A DNA stretch of 64,000 nucleotides from Thermoflexia bacterium (GTDB lineage Bacteria; Chloroflexota; Anaerolineae; B4-G1; SLSP01), in contig DUEJ01000001.1 in NCBI GenBank assembly GCA_011192175.1, positions 3,090 through 67,089 of the forward strand, in the 5' to 3' direction. Shown piece after piece: positions 57,610-64,000 of the stretch (its first letter is position 1; each line of letters starts with the position of its first letter). The notes beneath the pieces were generated by a model, which was given only the letters and a program-made list of their open reading frames with translations, was not told the DNA's origin and ran no database searches. A program made the position numbers and the translations under genes.

Positions 57610-57638
57610 ATTATACCATAAGCCTGTTAGTTAGACAA
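57610..57638 (-). promoter_or_regulatory. Promoter for tRNA-Gly/tRNA-Ile2/prfA
   Basis: Minus strand ttgtct-17-tataat with TG extension, 9 nt upstream of tRNA-Gly. Confidence 0.65.
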
Positions 57639-57682
57639 TCGGCCAATTGGCAAAACCTCAAAATTGTGGCATACTCTCACGA

Positions 57683-59215
57683 GTGAATATCTTACGGATT
57701 ACGCCAAAGGAAGATCGTTATACGGTACGCGAGGCATTACGCCATACGCCCGCCAAGTTGGTTCTCATTCAGCTGCCCTGGGAAGTAGAAACGGGCTGGG
57801 ATTCGTTACTTGATTACGAAGTGCTGTTAAAAACCTGCCAAGAAAAACAACTGAGCTCGGCCTGGGTAGTGGCGGATTTTACCAAACGCGCTCTTCCCCG
57901 TGAGGCAGGATTCACCGTCTTTGTCAGCGTGGCGCAGGCCGAGACTTATCTGGCCGCACACGGTACTTTCCCCGTTCCCACACCACCAGCGCGCCCAGCG
58001 CGGCCGCAACGTCCCCCCTGGGCTGAGAAGCTAGAGCCGCGGGTGTTGCGCGGCCCGCGGCCGCGCTGGTTGCTCCCCATACAGCTTGGGATATTGCTGA
58101 TCGCGTTAGGCGCCATAGGAATGGTGGCTTTCCTGACGCTGCCCTCCGCGCAAATTAGCTTGGTGCCGCAACAAGCTACTTATGCCCTGATTGTGCCTAT
58201 CTCCGTCTCGGCAGAGATGGACCCCGGCACCGTGGATTTTCAACGCAATCTTATTCCGGGCCGGCGCGTGGGTGATGAGTTCGAGAGCTACGCCGAAGTG
58301 GGCACTACCGGACGGGGAGACACCGTCTCAGGAAGATCCACGGGGCAAGTCTTCTTCACCAATCAGTTGGGACAGAACTATCAAGTTCCCGCCGGGACGA
58401 TAGTCCGCACCTCCGCCGGCTCTTATCCGGTACGCTTCAAGACCACGGACCCCATTGACGTGCCGCCTTTTGGTCAAGCAGCGGTTTACGTCGAGGCGTT
58501 GGAGCAAGGCCCACGCGGGAATGTGGGAACCTACCAGATCAACTTTGTGGAAGGCGTGGTCGGCTTTGCCCTCAAAGTGACCAATCCCGATCCTATCACC
58601 GGCGCGGAGAGCCAGAAGACAGCGACTGTCTCGCAAGCGGATCAGGGCCGCGTCTGGGGCATCGCCGCCGAGCAGGTGCTGGCCGAGGCCAATAATGGGC
58701 TGCAAGCTGCGGCTTATCTGCAACCGGGCGAGTTTATCCCGCACCAGGACCTGATCATCCAGGCGACGCCCAAAGAAACCTACACCCACCTAGTGGGCGA
58801 GCAAACCGATGTATTAGGAGTGTCACTGCGCCTGCTAGTAACTGGATTGGCCGTCAACGCTACCGACGCCCAAAAAATCGCCTACCGCCGGCTCTCCACC
58901 CAACAACCCCCCGGCTATCGACTAACCGATACCCGCTTTGAGATCGGAGAATCCGCGGAAGAGGATGTGGGCGCTGGACGCTTCACCTTCTACGTTACCG
59001 CTCACGGCTATGCCACTGCGGAGATCAACCAGGATGTAGTTTGGGAAGCCATACAAGGGCAACGCGCCACAGACGCCCGCGCCACCTTGAGTGCATCTTT
59101 ACCGCTAGCTCAAGAACCGGAGATTGTTATTTCCCCGGAGTGGTTCCCTTTTATCCCTCGCCTCCTCATCCGCACCGCAATCACCATCAAGCCGGGTAAA
59201 TGGAGTGGCAAGTAA
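57683..59215 (+). CDS. Baseplate J/gp47-like domain membrane protein in a non-phage context
   Basis: Single TM; STGQVFFTN...VPAGTIVRT...FKT...VEALEQGPRGNV...VTNPDPITG; probable GTG start at 57683. Confidence 0.75.
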   Translation: MNILRITPKEDRYTVREALRHTPAKLVLIQLPWEVETGWDSLLDYEVLLKTCQEKQLSSAWVVADFTKRALPREAGFTVFVSVAQAETYLAAHGTFPVPTPPARPARPQRPPWAEKLEPRVLRGPRPRWLLPIQLGILLIALGAIGMVAFLTLPSAQISLVPQQATYALIVPISVSAEMDPGTVDFQRNLIPGRRVGDEFESYAEVGTTGRGDTVSGRSTGQVFFTNQLGQNYQVPAGTIVRTSAGSYPVRFKTTDPIDVPPFGQAAVYVEALEQGPRGNVGTYQINFVEGVVGFALKVTNPDPITGAESQKTATVSQADQGRVWGIAAEQVLAEANNGLQAAAYLQPGEFIPHQDLIIQATPKETYTHLVGEQTDVLGVSLRLLVTGLAVNATDAQKIAYRRLSTQQPPGYRLTDTRFEIGESAEEDVGAGRFTFYVTAHGYATAEINQDVVWEAIQGQRATDARATLSASLPLAQEPEIVISPEWFPFIPRLLIRTAITIKPGKWSGK

Positions 59216-59300
59216 CGATGATTTTATTAAAAAACCGTTACTTGTAACTCAGCCACCCTGCAAAATTCAAGAGTGGACGCAGATTTTAGAGCTTAATTTT

Positions 59301-59386
59301 GTATCATCTCAATATTTTGGGGGCTTGTAGCGCGCAATGGTATTCCGCCCGCCGGATTGTCAATCCGGGATACAACCGGCCCTAAT
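59301..59386 (-). mobile_element. Truncated second copy of the 42641-42741 MITE
   Basis: Reverse complement of about 42656-42741 with about three mismatches; only one TIR retained. Confidence 0.8.
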
Positions 59387-59445
59387 CTTTTTCTTAGCGG
59401 CTTAGCGACTTTACGGCAAGCCAACTTTTTTTGTGGAGAGTAAAG

Positions 59446-59868
59446 ATGCGTTATCTGGCTTTAGACTTAGGAGCTCGTCGCATTGGAATCGCTATCAGCG
59501 ATCCCACCGGGTTGCTGGCTCGCTCCCTGGAGGTAATGCAGCGGACTTCTCGCGCCGCCGACTTTGAGCATATTGGGGAGTTGATCCACCAATATCAGGT
59601 AGCCGCGCTAGTGGTGGGCTTACCTCTCAACATGAACGGCAGCGAAGGCTCACAAGCTGCCTGGGTGCGGAATTACAGTGCGGAGTTGCAAGCGACCGTT
59701 GAGTTGCCGCTTCATCTCTGGGACGAGCGTCTCACGACTGAAGAGGCCGCCGATATTTTACGCGCGCAAGGCAAACGCCCCCGCGAGCATAAGAATTGGA
59801 TCGATGCGGTGGCTGCATCAGTTATTTTACAGAGTTTCCTAGATGGAAATAAATTAGCCGTCTACTAA
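59446..59868 (+). CDS. ruvX: Holliday junction resolvase-like / pre-16S rRNA nuclease RuvX (YqgF)
   Basis: LALDLGARRIGIAISD, VVGLP, WDERLTT, DAVAA. Confidence 0.93.
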   Translation: MRYLALDLGARRIGIAISDPTGLLARSLEVMQRTSRAADFEHIGELIHQYQVAALVVGLPLNMNGSEGSQAAWVRNYSAELQATVELPLHLWDERLTTEEAADILRAQGKRPREHKNWIDAVAASVILQSFLDGNKLAVY

Positions 59869-59898
59869 AAGTTAACCCTTTAGGCTGAGGGTTCGCAG

Positions 59899-60022
59899 GG
59901 TCAAGCCATAATTAACCGCGAATGAACGCCCAGGCACATGAAAAAAATCAACAAGCAGCGTCATCTCTGTAATCTATACTGAAATTTACTTGTTTTGCTG
60001 CCTGCCATTCGCTGATTCGCCA
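59899..60022. repeat. Dispersed intergenic repeat related to 34710-34802
   Basis: ggtcaagcca, aaccgcgaatgaacgc, aaaaaaatcaacaagcagcgtca. Confidence 0.6.
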
Positions 60023-60051
60023 TTTACCATTTGTCATTTGAGGTGCATAGA

Positions 60052-61152
60052 GTGAAACGTTTAAATTTATCGTTGTTAATAGTTGCCCTTACCTTTGTGC
60101 TGTTAGCCTGCGCGGCTGAAGCTATTTACCTTAATTTTTACATCGAAAGCCAAGCTGAAGCGCTAGCCGCGCCCGCGGGGGATGATGACCGTACCATTGC
60201 CTTTACCGTGTCCGAGGGCGAGAGCGTCCACACCATCGCCAACCAGTTGCAAGGGCAGCGGTTAATTTCTGATGCAGAGCTTTTCCGCCGCTACGTCCAA
60301 TACAAAGAGCTGGACGCCGGTATCCAGGCGGGAATCTACAATCTCCGCCAGACGATGACCATCCCCGAGATTGCTAGAGCCTTGCAACACGCCGAGGCTG
60401 AAGAACAACACGTCACGTTGCCCGAGGGCAAGCGGATGGAAGAACTAGCCACCCTGATCTCTGAGCAAACCGGCATCACGCCGGATGCCTTCTTGCAACT
60501 GGCGCAAACCGGCTGGCGGCAGACGGATTTACCCGCCCAATATCCCCTTACTGGACAAATTCCGTTTACCGGAACGCTAGAAGGCTATCTCTTCCCGGAT
60601 ACTTACCGGCTTCCAATGGATGCCACGGCTTATGATTTAGTGGATCGCATGTTGGCTAACTTGACCCGTCAAGTGACGCCGGAGATTCAACAAGGGTTCA
60701 GCGACCAGGGTTTGACGGTCCACCAGGGGTTGACGCTGGCCTCTATCGTGGAGCGCGAGGCGGTTATTGCCGCAGAGCGCCCCATAATCGCCGGGGTGTA
60801 TTATAATCGGTTGCGTGATGGCTGGCCGCTCTCCGCTTGTCCCACCGTCCAATACGCGTTGGGCTACCGTCCAGAGGAGGGTGATTGGTGGAAGAGCCAA
60901 CTCTATTTCAGCGATCTGGAAATCGCCTCTCCTTATAACACCTACCGCCACCTAGGCTTGCCGCCCGCCCCCATCGCTAATCCTGGGAGCAGCGCCATCC
61001 AGGCCGCCGCCGCTCCCGCGCAGACCGATTACTACTTCTTCATGGTGGATTGCCAGGCGGGGAATGGCAGTCATGCTTTCGCCAGGACCGAGGCGGAGCA
61101 CCTGACGAACTTCGAGGCGTGCGGCGGGGTTTACAGCAGTCCGGAGCAGTAA
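60052..61152 (+). CDS. mltG: Endolytic transglycosylase MltG
   Basis: TLPEG, LEGYLFPDTY, LASIVERE, SPYNTY, GLPPAPIANPG; GTG 60052 after gaggtg. Confidence 0.93.
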   Translation: MKRLNLSLLIVALTFVLLACAAEAIYLNFYIESQAEALAAPAGDDDRTIAFTVSEGESVHTIANQLQGQRLISDAELFRRYVQYKELDAGIQAGIYNLRQTMTIPEIARALQHAEAEEQHVTLPEGKRMEELATLISEQTGITPDAFLQLAQTGWRQTDLPAQYPLTGQIPFTGTLEGYLFPDTYRLPMDATAYDLVDRMLANLTRQVTPEIQQGFSDQGLTVHQGLTLASIVEREAVIAAERPIIAGVYYNRLRDGWPLSACPTVQYALGYRPEEGDWWKSQLYFSDLEIASPYNTYRHLGLPPAPIANPGSSAIQAAAAPAQTDYYFFMVDCQAGNGSHAFARTEAEHLTNFEACGGVYSSPEQ

Positions 61153-61170
61153 CCGAAAATGGAGATTCCC

Positions 61171-61596
61171 ATGAACGACCCAGACATCCGCTGGATGCAG
61201 CGATGCAAGCATTTCAACCAAGCCTTTGCGCAATTGAAAGCTGCCGTAGAGCTGGCTGAACAGCGGCCCCTCTCGAAACTCGAAGGACAAGGGTTGATTC
61301 AAGCCTTTGAATACACTCATGAGCTGGCCTGGAAAACCTTAAAAGATTTTCTTGAAAATCGCGGCGTTCAGAATATCTACGGGTCAAAAGATGCCACGCG
61401 GATTGCTTTCCGCACCGGCTTGATAAAAAACGGCGAAATATGGATGGACATGATTGTCAGCCGCAATCTAACCTCGCATACCTACAATGAAGCCACTGCC
61501 GCCCAGATCACCTCAGCCATTCTCGGTGCTTACTTTACAGAATTTGCCATGTTGCGCGCCAAGTTGGAAAGCCTGAGACAAGAGGAATCATCGTGA
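61171..61596 (+). CDS. HEPN-domain protein, HI0074 family (nucleotidyltransferase substrate-binding), putative toxin
   Basis: GLIQAFEYTHELAWKT, RNLTSHTY (Rx4H). Alternative start at 61159. Confidence 0.88.
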   Translation: MNDPDIRWMQRCKHFNQAFAQLKAAVELAEQRPLSKLEGQGLIQAFEYTHELAWKTLKDFLENRGVQNIYGSKDATRIAFRTGLIKNGEIWMDMIVSRNLTSHTYNEATAAQITSAILGAYFTEFAMLRAKLESLRQEESS

Positions 61597-61922
61597 GATA
61601 CGGCTTGAGAGAAACCGCCATCGAAAAAATTGGCGCTGTGCTAGCCTGCTACCCGCAAGTGGAAAAGGTAATCTTGTACGGCTCGCGCGCCAAAGGCAAC
61701 TACAAACACGGTTCCGATATTGACCTGACTCTTTGCGGCGGCGCAAGTTTGACGCTGGATGCTCTCTACAAAATCATGCACGAACTTGACGACTTACTCC
61801 TGCCGTACACCATTGATCTCTCCATTTTCAACGATATCGGCGACCCAGATCTAATTGAGCATATTCAGCGCGTGGGCGTTACTTTCTATACGCGCTTGAA
61901 CGGTTGCCATACGGCTTTCTAA
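61593..61922 (+). CDS. Minimal nucleotidyltransferase (MNT), putative antitoxin
   Basis: LYGSRAKG...SDIDL, LPYTIDL; 4-nt overlap with the HEPN gene. Confidence 0.88.
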   Translation: MRYGLRETAIEKIGAVLACYPQVEKVILYGSRAKGNYKHGSDIDLTLCGGASLTLDALYKIMHELDDLLLPYTIDLSIFNDIGDPDLIEHIQRVGVTFYTRLNGCHTAF

Positions 61923-61944
61923 TTGGTTAAAGGGCTTTCTATCA

Positions 61945-62116
61945 ACCTACACTCATGCGCGTGCCAATCTGGCATCGCTTTGGGATAAAGTCGTCCTCAA
62001 CCGAGAGGTGGTAATCATCAAGCGGCGCGGAGTCTCTGATCGCAGCCGAAGAGTTGGAGGGGTTACGGGAGAGCGCTTACTTGCTAAGGTCGCCACGGAA
62101 GTTGGCTCACCGCTAA
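61945..62116 (+). pseudogene. Degraded Phd/YefM antitoxin remnant
   Basis: Manual translation TYTHARANLASLWDKVVLNREVVIIKRRG, frameshift, LIAAEELEGLRESAYLLRSP; no start codon; ends in a repeat. Confidence 0.75.
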
Positions 62117-62245
62117 GACGCCAAGTTGCTAAGAAAAATAAGTTGCTGAAGGTTAGGGCTTAAAATCTCCGTGCTCTTCGCGCCTCCGTGGTGAAATACT
62201 TAGTTTTTTCAGTAGACTCAACTTTTAACTTGCAACCTTTAACCC
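62107..62245. repeat. Composite repeat overlapping the 3' end of the phosphoesterase gene
   Basis: caccgctaagacgccaag; aaaatctccgtgctcttcgcgcctccgtggtgaaat; ttttttcagtagactcaa; heptamer run. Confidence 0.7.
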
Positions 62246-63149
62246 TCAACACCGTCACCTCCGGGCGGCAGTTAAACCGCACCGCCGGAGGAATCAGTCC
62301 CACGCCCCGGCTGACGTAGACTTGTGTCTGCGCGCCTTGCACCCATCCGCCAATGAACTTCTGTCCAAAGCATGAGGGAACCATTGGCGCGCCCACCAAC
62401 GGAATCCGCACTTGCCCGCCGTGGGTATGGCCGCAGAGCGCCAAATCCACGTGCGCGGGAGGCAGCATCTCCGTAAAGTCGGGGTTGTGAACCAAGAGCA
62501 CGCGCGGTTCTGAGAGCGGGATATCGGAGAGTAAATCACGGAGCGCAACGTGGGCGGATTGCCACTGGCGTTGAAAAGCGGCAAAGTCCCCGCTGCCACC
62601 CCAGCGTGACATGCTCGTGTAGCCACGATCCTCGATGCCCAATAGCCAGAGCGGCGCGCCGTTAATTTTCAAGCGTGCGCGGGCGTCGCGCAGCACCGTG
62701 ATGCCCGCACGTGCCAACTGCGCGGCGATAAAATCCGCATTAGTCCACACGTCATGGTTGCCCAGGACGGCGTAGCTGCCATAGCGCGGCTGGAGGGCCG
62801 CCAGCGCTTCCGCCGCCGCCCGGCTGTACTCCGCCTGGCCGGTGACGAAATCTCCGGTGAGCACCACCAGGTCTGGCGCGGCCGCATTGACCAGGGACAC
62901 CGCCCGTTGGAGCAGTTCTACCGCGACCGAGGCTCCTAGATGAATATCGGAGAGTTGCGCGATGGTCAAGCCGGCCAACGCCGGCGGCAGGGCGGGGAGG
63001 GTAACGGTGAGGCGCTCCAACTCGAGCCAGCCCGGCTCCAGCCGCGTTATATAGAACGGCGCTAGCACCGAGAATAGCGCGCCACCGGCTATCATCCGCA
63101 AAAAATGCCGCCGCGAGATAGTTGCTTTAGACGGTGAATCTCCAGGCAT
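62160..63149 (-). CDS. Tat-exported metallophosphoesterase (YkuE/YaeI-like)
   Basis: SRRHFL Tat motif; SDIH, TGDF, LGNHD, GHTHGGQ, SRGVG. Confidence 0.9.
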   Translation of the reverse strand: MPGDSPSKATISRRHFLRMIAGGALFSVLAPFYITRLEPGWLELERLTVTLPALPPALAGLTIAQLSDIHLGASVAVELLQRAVSLVNAAAPDLVVLTGDFVTGQAEYSRAAAEALAALQPRYGSYAVLGNHDVWTNADFIAAQLARAGITVLRDARARLKINGAPLWLLGIEDRGYTSMSRWGGSGDFAAFQRQWQSAHVALRDLLSDIPLSEPRVLLVHNPDFTEMLPPAHVDLALCGHTHGGQVRIPLVGAPMVPSCFGQKFIGGWVQGAQTQVYVSRGVGLIPPAVRFNCRPEVTVLRVKGCKLKVESTEKTKYFTTEARRARRF

Positions 63150-63153
63150 GGCC

Positions 63154-64000
63154 TTACTCGCCGGGGGTGGGCGTCGGAGTAGGCCCTGGTGTCGGAGTAG
63201 CGCGCCAATGGGCGGTTCCCGTCCCGGTGCAAGGATCGTAATCCCAACCTAACGTGACGCGGAAATCAACCGGACTTTCCTCCGACGGTGTGCTCACCAC
63301 ATCACTCGACTGGCGTTTGTAGAGACTGAGCAACTTCCAGAGCGGTGAGCCTTTGGTAGTGGTGGTGAAGTCGGTGATGGTGGTGCGTGCTTCCCCGGAG
63401 ACATCTTTGACTTCTGCCACCTCAAATCCCTCCAAGCGCAGCCGGTAAGCCGCGACCTCGCCCCAACTACTGTTGCCGGTGCCGTTCCACACCGCGACGC
63501 GATGCGCGCGTTGGGTAGCCCGACTGGTGACCGGCGGTTGCGCCGCTTCCAACATGAAATTGTACAACGCTTCGTAACGCGGCACCAACACTGATCCGCC
63601 ATTGGGCGCAGTCCAGGATTCCAAGAGTGTACTGCCGCGAATAAAACGGCTCTTCAGGTTACGCATATCAAAACGGGCCGCCACCGCACCCAGATAGATC
63701 ACATCTGTCAACCCCAAGTCGGTTTCGGTATTCTCTTGGTAGAGGTCCCAGAATTCAGGGATGCGCGGAAGCAGATTTTGCCCCAGGGCTTGCCGGAGAA
63801 CGGCCTGCACTACCTGCTGTTGGCGACGATGGCGGTCGAAATCAGAGGTGCTCCAGCGCGAACGGACGTACCAGAGCGCGTGTTTGCCATCCAGATGATG
63901 GAGTCCTGGATTTAGGTCGATATCGCTCTGCCCACTCGCCGCCTCTGGATCGGGATAGGTATCGTGAAAAGGACATTCGACGATGATGTCCACCCCCTCC
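63154..64000 (-). CDS. LCP family protein with LytR_C domain; 5'-truncated by the window edge
   Basis: ALWYVRSR, SDFDRHRRQQ, VWNGT. Confidence 0.85.
   Translation of the reverse strand, partial: EGVDIIVECPFHDTYPDPEAASGQSDIDLNPGLHHLDGKHALWYVRSRWSTSDFDRHRRQQQVVQAVLRQALGQNLLPRIPEFWDLYQENTETDLGLTDVIYLGAVAARFDMRNLKSRFIRGSTLLESWTAPNGGSVLVPRYEALYNFMLEAAQPPVTSRATQRAHRVAVWNGTGNSSWGEVAAYRLRLEGFEVAEVKDVSGEARTTITDFTTTTKGSPLWKLLSLYKRQSSDVVSTPSEESPVDFRVTLGWDYDPCTGTGTAHWRATPTPGPTPTPTPGE

Noticed and set aside
57381..57611. N-terminal extension of PrfA in the ORF track (434 aa)
   Set aside because: It overlaps two tRNA genes; the real start is ATG 57380 with an RBS.
57683..59215. Prophage or contractile injection system integrated at the tRNAs
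   Set aside because: No integrase, capsid, sheath or tube genes and no tRNA 3'-end duplication seen; neighbours are housekeeping genes.

Overview
A 64-kb bacterial chromosomal window whose gene content and order suggest Chloroflexota, probably Anaerolineae (inferred, not confirmed by any search). Core genes: tRNA-Thr/Tyr/Thr-rpmG-tRNA-Trp-secE-nusG-rplK-rplA-rplJ-rplL, lexA with a consensus promoter and SOS box, gyrB, prfA with tRNA-Gly/Ile2, plsY, moaA/moaC/moeB, pit plus DUF47, galE with a sugar kinase and nucleotidyltransferase, ruvX-mltG, and several envelope genes. Notable points: (1) a minus-strand signalling cluster (substrate-binding lipoprotein, 1700-aa Cache-HAMP-GAF-PAS kinase, REC-adenylate cyclase, a threonine-synthase-like PLP enzyme fused to two receiver domains, and stand-alone receivers); (2) two small conflict-type gene pairs (an unannotated toxin/immunity-like pair, and an ABC-ATPase with a TOPRIM-like partner split at a G8 tract), each bracketed by direct octamer-repeat arrays that begin at stop codons, suggesting repeat-delimited cassettes; (3) intergenic DNA rich in dispersed repeats, including a 101-bp MITE with 12-bp TIRs and an 8-bp target-site duplication, REP-like GTAG palindromes and four nested inverted-repeat pairs; (4) a HEPN-MNT toxin-antitoxin pair followed by a decayed Phd/YefM antitoxin. 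No CRISPR array, rRNA, prophage or transposase gene was found. All protein calls come from visual motif recognition.
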